DNA of 64,000 bases from an uncultured Pelagibacteraceae bacterium (GCA_902601705.1 CACKNV010000002.1:44043-108042), one strand, 5' to 3'. Positions 49,957-60,473 are shown, counted from the stretch's first letter. Notes: a model not told the origin generated them from the letters alone. A program made the numbers and translations.

Positions 49957-50691
49957 ATGGCAAGTAATCCAATGCAACAATTTAGTGTTCATAAAATTGG
50001 ACCTGAAATTAAAATTGCAGGAATAGACTTATCTTTTACAAACGCAAGTCTATTCATGGTTATTAGTGCATCTATTATATTGTTATTCTTGTTCTTAGGA
50101 ACAAAAGAGAAAAAAATTGTCCCTGATAAAATTCAACTGATCGCTGAAATGTTTTATACATTTGTTGCCAAAATGATAAGTGATACGGCGGGCTCTAAAG
50201 CAAAACCTTATTTTCCTTTTATATTTAGTTTATTTATGTTTGTCTTGTTTTGTAATATGGTTGGAATGTTACCCTACTCATTTACAGTAACTAGTCATAT
50301 AATTGTGACTTTAATTATGGCGCTTTTTATTTTTATCGCAGTAACTATTATTGGATTTGCTAAACATGGTTTTAAATATTTAAGTATATTTGTTCCAACT
50401 GGAGTTCCAGCGGTATTATTGCCATTAATCACCGTTATTGAGATTATCTCATATTTGAGCAGGCCAGTAAGTTTATCAGTAAGATTATTTGCGAACATGA
50501 TGGCGGGACATACTATGCTAAAAGTTTTTGGTGGATTTGTCATAAGTTTAGGATTACTTGGTGGATGGTTACCACTTGGTTTTTCAGTAGCATTAACAGG
50601 CTTAGAAATATTAGTTGCATTTCTGCAAGCTTATGTTTTTGCAATATTAACCTGCATCTACTTAAATGATGCATTAAATTTACATCATTAA
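49957..50691 (+). CDS. atpB: F0F1 ATP synthase subunit a
   Basis: Motifs: SLSVRLFANMMAGH and LQAYVFAILTCIYL. Confidence 0.96.
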   Translation: MASNPMQQFSVHKIGPEIKIAGIDLSFTNASLFMVISASIILLFLFLGTKEKKIVPDKIQLIAEMFYTFVAKMISDTAGSKAKPYFPFIFSLFMFVLFCNMVGMLPYSFTVTSHIIVTLIMALFIFIAVTIIGFAKHGFKYLSIFVPTGVPAVLLPLITVIEIISYLSRPVSLSVRLFANMMAGHTMLKVFGGFVISLGLLGGWLPLGFSVALTGLEILVAFLQAYVFAILTCIYLNDALNLHH

Positions 50692-50697
50692 TTAATA

Positions 50698-50704
50698 AAG
50701 GAGG
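50698..50704 (+). promoter_or_regulatory. Strong Shine-Dalgarno (AAGGAGG) for atpE
   Basis: AAGGAGG lies 4 nt upstream of the atpE ATG. It is the closest match to the consensus SD that I noticed in the window. Confidence 0.6.
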
Positions 50705-50708
50705 AAAA

Positions 50709-50936
50709 ATGGAGTTAGAAGCGGCAAAAATGATTGGAGCAGGTCTTGCTGCAATCGCATTAGCAGGAGCTGGTGTAGGTATTGGAATTATTTTTGGTAA
50801 CTACCTATCTGGTGCAATGAGAAATCCGTCTGCAGCTCAAAAACAATTCCCTAACTTACTGTTAGGGTTTGCTTTAGCAGAGGCGACTGGACTTTTCGGT
50901 CTTGTAGTAGCTTTAATAATTTTATTTGCATTTTAA
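50709..50936 (+). CDS. atpE: F0F1 ATP synthase subunit c
   Basis: 75 aa hairpin with GAGLAAIALAGAGVGIG and the carboxylate helix LGFALAEATGLFGLVVALIILF. Confidence 0.96.
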   Translation: MELEAAKMIGAGLAAIALAGAGVGIGIIFGNYLSGAMRNPSAAQKQFPNLLLGFALAEATGLFGLVVALIILFAF

Positions 50937-50945
50937 ATAAAAATT

Positions 50946-51521
50946 ATGAATAGGTTTTTAAGTTTGATTTTAGCTTCTTTAGCTATGCAAAATAATTCGT
51001 TTGCAGCTGAGGCTGGCATGCCTCAGCTGGATCCGACGTATTGGGCATCACAAGCATTCTGGTTAATTTTAGTTTTTACAATTTTGTACATCTCTATAGC
51101 AAAATTTTACCTTCCGAAAATTAAAAATAATTTAGATAATCGTGAAAATAGAATTAAAGATGATTTAGATGATGCTAATAAATTCAATGAACTGTCTGAG
51201 TTAAAACTTAAAGAATACGAAAAGATTATGGAAGATGCAAAAAAAAAAGTAATAAAAATTCATGTAGAGTCTAAAGATGCATTAGATAAAGATATTCAAA
51301 ATAAAAAAGAGACTATTGAAAAAGAAATTGAAAAAGAAATTCTTAAAGCTCAAAAAGAAATAAGTGATCTTAAAAAAAACTCTATCTCCGATATTCAAAA
51401 AATATCAGAAAATATTACTTCAAATATTATTGAAACAATATCGGGTGACAAACTTAATGAAAGTAGCATCAAAGCTGCTGTAGAAGATATATCGAAAAAA
51501 AACCTAGGTAAATATTTATGA
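50946..51521 (+). CDS. atpF2: F0F1 ATP synthase subunit b'
   Basis: The alphaproteobacterial b' motif MPQLDPTYWASQAFWLILVF follows a 24-aa signal-like extension, then a long charged helix. An internal ATG at 51018 is an alternative start. Confidence 0.85.
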   Translation: MNRFLSLILASLAMQNNSFAAEAGMPQLDPTYWASQAFWLILVFTILYISIAKFYLPKIKNNLDNRENRIKDDLDDANKFNELSELKLKEYEKIMEDAKKKVIKIHVESKDALDKDIQNKKETIEKEIEKEILKAQKEISDLKKNSISDIQKISENITSNIIETISGDKLNESSIKAAVEDISKKNLGKYL

Positions 51522-52015
51522 CAATTGATGCAACTTTTTGGGTAATGATATCCTTTTTTGCTTTCATAGGACTACTAATATATTTTAAAATTCCCAAAAA
51601 AATAAAAACAACTTTAGATGAAAATATCTTGAACATAAAAAAACAAATAGATGAGGCTGATAAACTCAAAGAAGATTCTAAAAATATCCTAACCGAACAT
51701 GAGAAAAAGATTAGTAATTCTAAAGCCGAAGTAAAACAAATGATCAACAAAGCAAGTGAAGAAGCTGAAAGAAATGTCATAAAAATAAATCAAGATTTTC
51801 ACAATTTGATGGACTCAAGGAAGAAAAATGCAGAAGAGAGAATAAAACAACTTAAATATCAAGCTTTGAAAGATATTAAAAATGCTTCAGTAAAAATTGC
51901 TATAGAGTCAGTCGAAAAACTCATTAAAAACTCACTAGATAAAAGCAAATTAGATAAAATTTACAACTCTAGCCTTGAGGAAACAAAATTAGCACTTAAG
52001 AAAAAATCTAGTTAG
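51518..52015 (+). CDS. atpF: F0F1 ATP synthase subunit b
   Basis: A single N-terminal TM helix (FWVMISFFAFIGLLIYF) and a long amphipathic K/E-rich helix. Confidence 0.88.
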   Translation: MTIDATFWVMISFFAFIGLLIYFKIPKKIKTTLDENILNIKKQIDEADKLKEDSKNILTEHEKKISNSKAEVKQMINKASEEAERNVIKINQDFHNLMDSRKKNAEERIKQLKYQALKDIKNASVKIAIESVEKLIKNSLDKSKLDKIYNSSLEETKLALKKKSS

Positions 52016-52030
52016 AATAGCCATAAAATT

Positions 52031-53497
52031 ATGGCAAAAAAAACAACTGTTATTGGTTCAGGTTTTGGAGGTCTAGCTGCTGCGCTTAGATTAAAGGCTA
52101 AAGGCCATAAGGTTACATTAGTAGAAAAACATCCTGACCTTGGTGGTCGCGCAAGAGTTTTCAAAAAAGATGAGTTTGTTTATGATGGAGGTCCAACAGT
52201 AATAACTGCCCCTTACCTATTTGAAGAATTATTTTCACTGTTCAATAAAAATATTTCTGACTATGTCAAAATCGTACCATTAAATTTATGGTACCGTTTT
52301 GTATTTAGCAACGGAGATAAGTTTGATTACAATGGAGACGATAAATCTATGGAGGAACAAGTTAAAAAATTTAATCCCTCAGATTACGATGGATATAAAA
52401 ATTTAGTAAATTTTACTGAAAAAATTTTTGATAAAGGTTTTACAGATTTATCAGACAAGCCTTTTAATAATTTAATCTTTATGATGAAGCAAATTCCATC
52501 TTTATTAAAATTAAAAAGTTATAAGTCAGTTTACAGTTTGGTTTCAAACTATATATCAAATGAAAAATTGAGAAGAGTATTTAGTATGCATCCTCTTTTA
52601 GTAGGTGGAAATCCTTTCAGTACTACTTCGATATATACATTAATTTTATTTTTAGAGAAAAAATGGGGCATACATTACTCAATGGGAGGAACAGGAAGCG
52701 TTGTTAAAGCCTTAGAAAAACTAATGGTTGAAGAAAATATCAAAATTATTAAAGACGCTGAAGTCACTGAAATAATTACAGAAAATAAAAAAGTTAAAGG
52801 TGTAAAAATAAATAATTCAAAAATAATTAATAGTGATTATGTAATTTGTAACTCCGATCCCCCTAATGTTTACAACAAATTGATAAGATCGAAGAAAGAT
52901 TATGATTTTTTATTTAAACAAAAAATGAGAAGAATGGATTATTCAATGGGTTTATTTGTTTATTATTTTGGCTCTAAAAAAAAATATAGTGATGTTGCTC
53001 ATCACACAATTTATTTTGGAGAAGATTATGAAAAACATCTTGATAAAATCTTTGAAAAGAAAATACTATCTGATGATATAAGCTATTATTTACATAGACC
53101 ATCTGCAACAGATCCTAATATGGCTCCAAAAGGCCAAGATGCTTTTTATGTATTGGTTCCGGTACCAAATAATTTGTCTAAAATTAATTGGATCGACGAA
53201 GGCGATAAATTCAAAGATTTAGTTCTAGATAAAATGGATAAAACCGTTCTGCCTGGCATTAAAGAAAATGTGGTAAGTGATTTTTATTTAACACCTGATT
53301 ATTTTGAGATCGATTTAGCAACTCTTTATGGATCCGGATTTTCAATTCAGCCAAAATTTTCTCAGTCAGCTTATTTTAGATTTCATAATCAATCTGAAAT
53401 ATATAAAAACTTATACTTTGTTGGTGCCGGTACACACCCGGGTGCTGGAATGCCCGGTGTTCTTTCATCAGCAAAAGTTTTAGATAAATTATTTTAA
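52031..53497 (+). CDS. crtI: Phytoene desaturase
   Basis: VIGSGFGGLAAALRL, VTLVEKHPDLGGRA and the C-terminal FVGAGTHPGAGMPGVLSSA. Confidence 0.93.
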   Translation: MAKKTTVIGSGFGGLAAALRLKAKGHKVTLVEKHPDLGGRARVFKKDEFVYDGGPTVITAPYLFEELFSLFNKNISDYVKIVPLNLWYRFVFSNGDKFDYNGDDKSMEEQVKKFNPSDYDGYKNLVNFTEKIFDKGFTDLSDKPFNNLIFMMKQIPSLLKLKSYKSVYSLVSNYISNEKLRRVFSMHPLLVGGNPFSTTSIYTLILFLEKKWGIHYSMGGTGSVVKALEKLMVEENIKIIKDAEVTEIITENKKVKGVKINNSKIINSDYVICNSDPPNVYNKLIRSKKDYDFLFKQKMRRMDYSMGLFVYYFGSKKKYSDVAHHTIYFGEDYEKHLDKIFEKKILSDDISYYLHRPSATDPNMAPKGQDAFYVLVPVPNNLSKINWIDEGDKFKDLVLDKMDKTVLPGIKENVVSDFYLTPDYFEIDLATLYGSGFSIQPKFSQSAYFRFHNQSEIYKNLYFVGAGTHPGAGMPGVLSSAKVLDKLF

Positions 53498-54345
53498 TGA
53501 AAAGTAATTTACTTAAGAAACATGCTAAATCTTTTTATTGGGCAAGTTTTTTTTTGTCGGGCAATACTTTGGAAAAATGCTCTTCTATATATAATTTCTG
53601 TAGAACCCTAGACGATATTGTAGATGATGATAATAATCTGGAAGTAAAAAAAGAAATTTTTTCAAAATTTAAAAGAGATTTTGAGAATAAAAATCTTAAC
53701 AACCAAATTATAAAAGATATGTGGTCAGTTATTGATAAAGAAAATATTTCTAAACAAATTATAATAGATTTATTTGATGGAGTTGAAACAGACTTAAAAG
53801 AAAAAGTAGTGATAAATTCGAAAAAAGATTTGCTTGTTTATTCTTATAGAGTTGCCGGAACAGTCGGATTAATGATGTCAAAAATACTGAAAGTAAAAAA
53901 TAAAGAGGCTTTAAAAGGCGCGATTGATCTTGGGATAGCTATGCAATTTACTAATATTGCTCGAGATGTTTGTGAAGATAAAGCCCGAAATAGACAATAT
54001 GTTGCTCACGATTTTTTGGCAATTCAGGAAATAATTAGTGAGTCTCAAATATTTTATGAAAATTCATTTAACTCTATTAGTGATATACCAATTAGGTCAA
54101 GATTTTCAGTTATTGTTGCAAGGCGTATTTACAGAAAAATAGGTGACTATATCCTTAAACAGAAAAATATAGATAATTACAATAAAGCTGGCAAAATCTA
54201 TGTTCCTAAGTTCGAAAAAATAATTCAGACCTTTTTATCTGTTTTTGACTTTATTAAGTTATTGTTCATCAAAAATTTAAATTACGATAATCAAACAAAT
54301 CTTAATATCTTGAGTAAAGAGATTAATTTAAATGAAAGAATTTGA
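53497..54345 (+). CDS. crtB: Phytoene synthase
   Basis: Motifs: KSFYWAS, FCRTLDDIVDD, YSYRVAGTVGLMM, TNIARDVCED. Confidence 0.9.
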   Translation: MKSNLLKKHAKSFYWASFFLSGNTLEKCSSIYNFCRTLDDIVDDDNNLEVKKEIFSKFKRDFENKNLNNQIIKDMWSVIDKENISKQIIIDLFDGVETDLKEKVVINSKKDLLVYSYRVAGTVGLMMSKILKVKNKEALKGAIDLGIAMQFTNIARDVCEDKARNRQYVAHDFLAIQEIISESQIFYENSFNSISDIPIRSRFSVIVARRIYRKIGDYILKQKNIDNYNKAGKIYVPKFEKIIQTFLSVFDFIKLLFIKNLNYDNQTNLNILSKEINLNERI

Positions 54346-55399
54346 TTATATAATAATTGGCGGTGGATGCGCGGGCCTATCTTTAGCTTATGAGCTTGAA
54401 ATTAATGATAAGTTAAAAGAGAAAACCTTAGCAATTATTGAAACTCGTGAAGAATATAAAAGAGACAAAACATGGTCTTTTTGGAAAGTTTTTAATCATA
54501 ATTTTGATGATTGTGTAATTAAAAGTTGGAACAACTTTACGATAAATTCTCCGGATAGTTCACATGAATTAACTAATGAAAAATTTCCCTATCAAAGTAT
54601 TGATAGTGGTAAATTTTACAAAAAAATAAATTCTAAACTATCTACAAATTCAAATATAAGTTTTTTTAAAAACCTAAGTGAAATCAACTCAGAAAATTCG
54701 ATAATTTTTAATAGTGTTCATGAAAAAGAATTAGATAAATCTAAATTGTGGCAACACTTTCAAGGTATCGAGATAGAAACACCTAAAGATATTTTTGATG
54801 AAGAAATAATAAATTTAATGGATTTTAATTGTGATCAGAGAAATGATGTTCACTTTTTTTACACATTGCCATTTAGTAAAAATAAAGCTTTAATTGAAAC
54901 AACATGGCTTTCAGATTTAGAAGATCAAAGCTTAATGGATTACGATCTTCAGTTAGAAAATTACATAAAAAATAACCTTGGTATAAAAAACTATAAAATA
55001 AATTTTACTGAAAAAGGTGCTATACCGCTTTTTTATACTTCATTCAAAAATGAAAATAGAATAATCAATATTGGGTCTGTAGGAGGTATGACGCGATTAA
55101 GTACTGGGTATACTTTTTTAAATATTCAAGAACATAGTAAGTATATTGTAAAAAATATTGACAATATTGATAGAGCAAAAATATTCAACTTAGGAAAAAA
55201 ATATCAATTTTTAGATAAAGTATTTCTAAGAGTATTAGAAAAATATCCCGAAAAGATGCCTAAAATTTTTTTTAATATGTTTAAAACTTCTTCAAATACG
55301 ATTATAAAATTTTTATCAAATAAAAGTAATATTATTGAAGACATAAATATTATTAGCAAAATGCCAAAATTAATTTTTTTAAAAGCATTGTTTAACTAA
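54332..55399 (+). CDS. crtY: Lycopene beta-cyclase
   Basis: FDYIIIGGGCAGLSLA, internal FLYTLPF-like FFYTLPF, and the context between crtB and blh. Confidence 0.85.
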   Translation: MKEFDYIIIGGGCAGLSLAYELEINDKLKEKTLAIIETREEYKRDKTWSFWKVFNHNFDDCVIKSWNNFTINSPDSSHELTNEKFPYQSIDSGKFYKKINSKLSTNSNISFFKNLSEINSENSIIFNSVHEKELDKSKLWQHFQGIEIETPKDIFDEEIINLMDFNCDQRNDVHFFYTLPFSKNKALIETTWLSDLEDQSLMDYDLQLENYIKNNLGIKNYKINFTEKGAIPLFYTSFKNENRIINIGSVGGMTRLSTGYTFLNIQEHSKYIVKNIDNIDRAKIFNLGKKYQFLDKVFLRVLEKYPEKMPKIFFNMFKTSSNTIIKFLSNKSNIIEDINIISKMPKLIFLKALFN

Positions 55400-56304
55400 T
55401 GGAAAATATTAACTTTAAGCACTCAATAATATTTTTTAATTTTTGTGTTTTGATAAGCCCTCTTTATCTAATGTTCAATTTTGAACCAGTTGTATTTTGC
55501 TTGTTTTTAATTTTAATTTTGGGAATTTCTCATGGTGCATTAGATAATATCAAAGGAAAAAAACTTCTAAAATTATTTGGATACAAACAAAACTTATCCT
55601 TTTATCTTGGCTATGTATCAATTTCATCATTGATAATAATATTCTGGTTAATATTTCCTAATACAATTTTATTATTATTTTTGATTGTAGCCGCATATCA
55701 TTTTGGAAAAGAAGACACAGTATTTTCTTTTAGAAAAAAGTTTTTCATCTCTGAGTGTTTATTCTTCTTAAAAGGATCAACAGTAATTATGGCTCCATTA
55801 TTATTTAAGAGAGAAGAAACAAATGCAATATTTAAAATTCTTAATTTCAATGTTTTTGAGGCAGAATTTTTTACTAATGAATTTTTAATTGGAATGTTAT
55901 GCCTAGGTTTTTTATCATCTATGTACATTTCAAAAAAAGAAAATATAAATCTTAAAAGTATTATGATCATGGACTTCTTTTCTTTAATAATATTAAATCT
56001 TTTTTTGTCACCTATTTTAGCTTTCACTCTTTATTTTTGTTTTCTTCACTCAATTAGGCATTCGATTACTCTTATTTTTGATTTGGATAGATCTTTCAAC
56101 CAAGGACTTAAAAAATTTATAACGAAAGCTATCCCTTTAACTTTTATAACTGCAGTAACATTTTTATTTGCGATATATTTTTTAAATAATCTTTATAAAC
56201 TTGATGAGGCTATTTATAAGGTTATATTTATTGGTTTGGCGTCACTTACTTTTCCGCATATATTGTTAGAATATCTTTTAGAAAAAAATGAAAAAAGAAC
56301 TTAA
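55399..56304 (+). CDS. blh: Beta-carotene 15,15'-dioxygenase, Brp/Blh family (retinal-forming)
   Basis: Polytopic membrane protein with four spaced His motifs (GISHGALDN, AAYHFGKED, FLHSIRH, FPHILLE). It follows crtY. Confidence 0.85.
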   Translation: MENINFKHSIIFFNFCVLISPLYLMFNFEPVVFCLFLILILGISHGALDNIKGKKLLKLFGYKQNLSFYLGYVSISSLIIIFWLIFPNTILLLFLIVAAYHFGKEDTVFSFRKKFFISECLFFLKGSTVIMAPLLFKREETNAIFKILNFNVFEAEFFTNEFLIGMLCLGFLSSMYISKKENINLKSIMIMDFFSLIILNLFLSPILAFTLYFCFLHSIRHSITLIFDLDRSFNQGLKKFITKAIPLTFITAVTFLFAIYFLNNLYKLDEAIYKVIFIGLASLTFPHILLEYLLEKNEKRT

Positions 56305-57232
56305 AATTTATTTAGCATCACCAAGAGGATTTTGTGCTGGAGTTAAAAGAGCAATTGAAATAGTGGAAAAATCTATTAGCAAATTTGGGGCTCCGGTATA
56401 TGTTCGTCATGAAATAGTTCACAATAAACAGGTTGTAGAAGAATTAAAAGAAAAAGGTGCAATTTTCGTAGATGAATTATCTGACGTAAATGATGCAAGT
56501 AGACCTGTAATTTTCTCAGCCCATGGAGTTCCGAAGTCAGTCCCGGAGGAGGCTAAATTAAAAAATTTATCTTATGTAGATGCAACTTGTCCATTAGTTT
56601 CAAAAGTTCACAGAGAGTCAGAACAATTAAATAAAAATGGTTTCGAAATATTATTAATTGGACATAAAAATCACCCTGAAGTTATTGGCACAATGGGTCA
56701 GCTTCCAAATGGATCAATTAAACTAATTGAAACAATAAATGATGTTGAACTTCTTAAAGAAAATGATTTTAAAAAACCTCTGGCATATATTACTCAAACC
56801 ACCCTGTCAGTAGATGATACAGCTGAAATAATCAAAGCTCTTAAAAGTAAGTTTCCAAAAATCAAAGGCCCTATAAAAGAGGATATATGTTACGCTACGA
56901 CTAACAGACAGTCCGCGGTTAAAGAGATAGCTTCCAAGTGTGATATGTTTTTTGTAGTGGGAAGTCGTAACTCTTCTAATTCTGTCAGATTAGTTGAGGT
57001 TGCGAAAAAAGCAGGTTGTAATAATTCTCATTTGATGCACTCCGAAAAAGAAATTCCTTTTAATGAAATAGATAATTCTGAAACAATCGGGATATCTTCT
57101 GGAGCGTCTGCACCAGAAAAGCTTGTTCAAACTTTGTTAGACAATTTAAGAAAAGATAGAAATGTTTCTATTGAAGAAGTAGTAGTTGCAGAAGAAAAGG
57201 TTGTATTTAAATTGCCGAAAGAGCTCAATTAA
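56288..57232 (+). CDS. ispH: 4-hydroxy-3-methylbut-2-enyl diphosphate reductase
   Basis: Three cluster cysteines are present (RGFCAGV, DATCPLV, ICYATTNRQ), plus VRHEIVHN and SSGASAPE. Confidence 0.96.
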   Translation: MKKELKIYLASPRGFCAGVKRAIEIVEKSISKFGAPVYVRHEIVHNKQVVEELKEKGAIFVDELSDVNDASRPVIFSAHGVPKSVPEEAKLKNLSYVDATCPLVSKVHRESEQLNKNGFEILLIGHKNHPEVIGTMGQLPNGSIKLIETINDVELLKENDFKKPLAYITQTTLSVDDTAEIIKALKSKFPKIKGPIKEDICYATTNRQSAVKEIASKCDMFFVVGSRNSSNSVRLVEVAKKAGCNNSHLMHSEKEIPFNEIDNSETIGISSGASAPEKLVQTLLDNLRKDRNVSIEEVVVAEEKVVFKLPKELN

Positions 57233-58200
57233 TGGCTGTCTATACAAAGTTAAATCAAAAAAAGATTGAGGAAATTTTATCTAATTATAGTTTAGGGAAG
57301 TTAGACTCATTCAAAGGAATTGAAGAAGGTATTGAAAATACAAACTATTTTTTATCAATTGACAAGAAAAAATTTATACTAACTATTTATGAAAAAAGAG
57401 TAAGATCTGCTGACCTTCCTTTTTTTTCAGATTTAATGTCATCATTAAATAAAGCTAGCTTTAAATGCCCCGCACCTATTTTCAATAATAATAATGAAAC
57501 TATCACAAATTTTGAGGGAAAAAAACTAATGATTGTGTCGTTTCTTGAAGGAAGGGCAAAACAAAATCTTTCACCTGCCAACTGTAAAACAATCGGATCT
57601 GAAGTAGCTAAAATGCATGAGCTCACAAAGAGTCTTAAACTAAATCGACAAAATGATCTATCGGTCAATTCATGGAGAAAGTTGTTTAATTCAGTTAAAG
57701 ATAAATGTGAAAATATACATAAAGATCTTCCAATATTAATTGAGGAAAATCTTAACGATGTTGAAAAAAATTGGCCAGAAAATTTACCAAAAGGAATTAT
57801 TCATGCTGACTTATTTCATGATAATATTTTTTTCATTCAAGATAAATTTAGTGGTGTAATTGACTTTTATTTCTCATGTGAAGATTTTTTTGCTTTTGAA
57901 ATAGCTATTTGCTTTAACGCTTTGTGTTTTGATGGTCTAAAAAGCAATTTAAGTTTTAACGTTACTAAAGCAAAGAATTTTATAGATGGATATACATCTG
58001 TAAGAAAATTATCCAACGAAGAATTGGATAATATTAAGGTTTTATCTCAAGGTGCTGCTTTGAGATTCTTGCTAACTCGAGTATTCGATGCATTAAATAA
58101 AGTAGAAGGAGCAATAGTTAAAATTAAAGATCCAATGGAGTATTTAAAAAGATTAGAATTTCACAAGAATGCAAAAAATCATGAGGATTATTTCTTTTAA
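57232..58200 (+). CDS. thrB: Homoserine kinase, type II (APH-fold ThrB)
   Basis: MAVYTKL...GIEEGIENTNYF, IIHADLFHDNIFF and the position before rnhA. Confidence 0.85.
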   Translation: MAVYTKLNQKKIEEILSNYSLGKLDSFKGIEEGIENTNYFLSIDKKKFILTIYEKRVRSADLPFFSDLMSSLNKASFKCPAPIFNNNNETITNFEGKKLMIVSFLEGRAKQNLSPANCKTIGSEVAKMHELTKSLKLNRQNDLSVNSWRKLFNSVKDKCENIHKDLPILIEENLNDVEKNWPENLPKGIIHADLFHDNIFFIQDKFSGVIDFYFSCEDFFAFEIAICFNALCFDGLKSNLSFNVTKAKNFIDGYTSVRKLSNEELDNIKVLSQGAALRFLLTRVFDALNKVEGAIVKIKDPMEYLKRLEFHKNAKNHEDYFF

Positions 58201-58622
58201 TGAAGTTAAAAATTTATACTGACGGTGCTTGCTCTGGAAATCCTGGAAAAGGAGGTTGGGCAGCAATCATATTAGATGGTTCTAATCAATCAAGTTTTTC
58301 TGGAAGTGAAAGTAATACAACTAATAATAGGATGGAATTAATGGCTCCAATTATGGCATTAAAAAAAATAAGAAAGAAATCAGAGATTACGATTTTTACT
58401 GACTCGAAATATGTGAAAGATGGAATAACTGATTGGATTAAAAAGTGGAAAGTTAATAATTGGAAAAGTTCAAACAAGAAACCAGTTAAAAATAAAGATC
58501 TTTGGATTAAATTGGATAATGTTTGCCTAAAACATAAAGTTACTTGGAAATGGGTTAAGGCGCACGCTGGTAACAAATATAATAATCTTGTTGATGAATT
58601 GGCAGTTTCAAAAACTAAATAG
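58200..58622 (+). CDS. rnhA: Ribonuclease HI
   Basis: Motifs: IYTDGACSGNPGKGGWA, NNRMEL, TDSKYV, WVKAHAGN..N..VDELA. Confidence 0.95.
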   Translation: MKLKIYTDGACSGNPGKGGWAAIILDGSNQSSFSGSESNTTNNRMELMAPIMALKKIRKKSEITIFTDSKYVKDGITDWIKKWKVNNWKSSNKKPVKNKDLWIKLDNVCLKHKVTWKWVKAHAGNKYNNLVDELAVSKTK

Positions 58623-59100
58623 ATTTTAAAAAGCTTTCAGCTGAAGATAACTCACAAGTAGCTGTTTCTTTTTCTTCCTCTACTTTTTTAACTTCACCAT
58701 TCTCCACTAACATAGTGTAGCGATTAGATCTAATTCCTAAGCCTTTTTCGGATTTATCCACCTCTGCTCCAATGGCTTTTGTAAATTTAAGAAAGGGATC
58801 GCCGGCCATGAAGATTTTACTCCCGGCATTTTGATTTTCGCCCCAGGCCTTCATTACATTAGGATCATTCACAGCAACACACACTATTTTAGAAATTCCC
58901 TTTTTATTAGCTAGTTCAAAATTTTTTATATAACCAGGAAGATGAAGAGCTGAGCAAGTTTTTGTAAAAGCTCCTGGCATACCTAAAATGATAGTCTTAC
59001 CTCTGCAAAGATCCAATATATCAATTTTTTTTACATCATTATTTTGATCAAGATAAAATAATTCCGAGTTAGGTAGTTTATCTCCTGTTTTTATTCTCAT
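58615..59100 (-). CDS. Peroxiredoxin, Prx5-like
   Basis: GMPGAFTKTCS peroxidatic Cys motif. Size is 161 aa. Confidence 0.88.
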   Translation of the reverse strand: MRIKTGDKLPNSELFYLDQNNDVKKIDILDLCRGKTIILGMPGAFTKTCSALHLPGYIKNFELANKKGISKIVCVAVNDPNVMKAWGENQNAGSKIFMAGDPFLKFTKAIGAEVDKSEKGLGIRSNRYTMLVENGEVKKVEEEKETATCELSSAESFLKSI

Positions 59101-60473
59101 TTTATTTTGCCCAAAATATAATTTTTTATTTCTGAATTTGAATTCCCAATAATATCAAAAGTTTCCTTTTTATCTATATTCAATTTTAGATCTTCAGGTG
59201 GGTCTAAATTTTTACCTATAGCTTTTTTTATTGTATCGTTAAACTTGTAAGGATGAGCTGTACCAAGAACAACTATATCTCCTAAATTTTTAAAACTTTT
59301 TGCTGCGCCTATGCCAGTAGCAGTGTGGGGATCAATTATAAATTTATGCTCTTTATATATCTCATCGATTATAGATACTGTCTCTTCATCTGTAACTTTT
59401 ACTGCTTCAAAATCTCTTTTTATTTTATCGATTTCCTTTTTTTCTAAATTAAATAAACTTTTTGATGACAGATCATTCATTAATGACCCTACCTTACTAT
59501 CGCTTTCATCTAATATATAATAAAGCAGCCTCTCAAAATTACTAGCAACTTGGATATCCATGCTTGGTGTGATAGTTGCTTTCACTGTATCAGGTTTATA
59601 TTCTCCTGTATTAATAACTCTTTGTAAAATATCATTTTTATTTGTAGCAACTATAAGTTTATTAATTGGTAAACCCATTTTTTTTGCCACATATCCAGCA
59701 TAGATATCTCCAAAATTACCAGTTGGAACAGAAAAGCTAACATTGTTTTTTTTTAATTTAAAGAAAGAATAAAAATAATAAACAATTTGACAAACAATTC
59801 TTGCCCAATTGATAGAATTTACGCCAGACATGTTTATTTTTGATCTAAAACTTTCTTCGTTAAAGAGCTCTTTTACAATTTTTTGACAATCATCAAATGA
59901 ACCCTCAATAGCAATATTATAAATATTAGCCCCGCCAATTGTTGTCATTATTTTTCTTTGAATATTAGAAATTTTATTATGCGGATGCAGAACAAAAAGA
60001 TTTATATTTTTTCTATTACTTAATGCTGCAATAGCTGCTGAACCAGTATCTCCTGATGTAGCTACTACGACATTTACAGTTTTTTCTTTAGCGACTTCTA
60101 AGTAGTCATACAAATTGCCAATTACCTGCATTGCAATATCTTTAAAAGCTAAAGTGGGTCCATGATAAAGCTCAAGAAGATCGATCTCTCCAATCTTTTT
60201 TAAATTTACTACCTCTTTATCTTTAAACCTACTGTAAGATTTTTGTATCAGTGTGCTTAGTTTTTCCTTTTTAATTTCACCTGAACAGAAATTAAAGATA
60301 ATTTCTGTAGCAAGTTCGTTATAATTTAGTTGACTTAAATTATTTAATTCTTCTTGATTATAATTCTTAATTTCAGCAGGTAAAAATAACCCTCCGCCTG
60401 GTGCAAGTCCTCTTAAGAAAATATCTTTAAAACTAAATTTTAAAGATTTATCCCTAGTGCTAAAATAATTCAT
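59097..60473 (-). CDS. thrC: Threonine synthase
   Basis: YFSTR, HGPTLAFKD (PLP lysine), TSGDTGSAA, NSINWAR. Confidence 0.94.
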   Translation of the reverse strand: MNYFSTRDKSLKFSFKDIFLRGLAPGGGLFLPAEIKNYNQEELNNLSQLNYNELATEIIFNFCSGEIKKEKLSTLIQKSYSRFKDKEVVNLKKIGEIDLLELYHGPTLAFKDIAMQVIGNLYDYLEVAKEKTVNVVVATSGDTGSAAIAALSNRKNINLFVLHPHNKISNIQRKIMTTIGGANIYNIAIEGSFDDCQKIVKELFNEESFRSKINMSGVNSINWARIVCQIVYYFYSFFKLKKNNVSFSVPTGNFGDIYAGYVAKKMGLPINKLIVATNKNDILQRVINTGEYKPDTVKATITPSMDIQVASNFERLLYYILDESDSKVGSLMNDLSSKSLFNLEKKEIDKIKRDFEAVKVTDEETVSIIDEIYKEHKFIIDPHTATGIGAAKSFKNLGDIVVLGTAHPYKFNDTIKKAIGKNLDPPEDLKLNIDKKETFDIIGNSNSEIKNYILGKIK

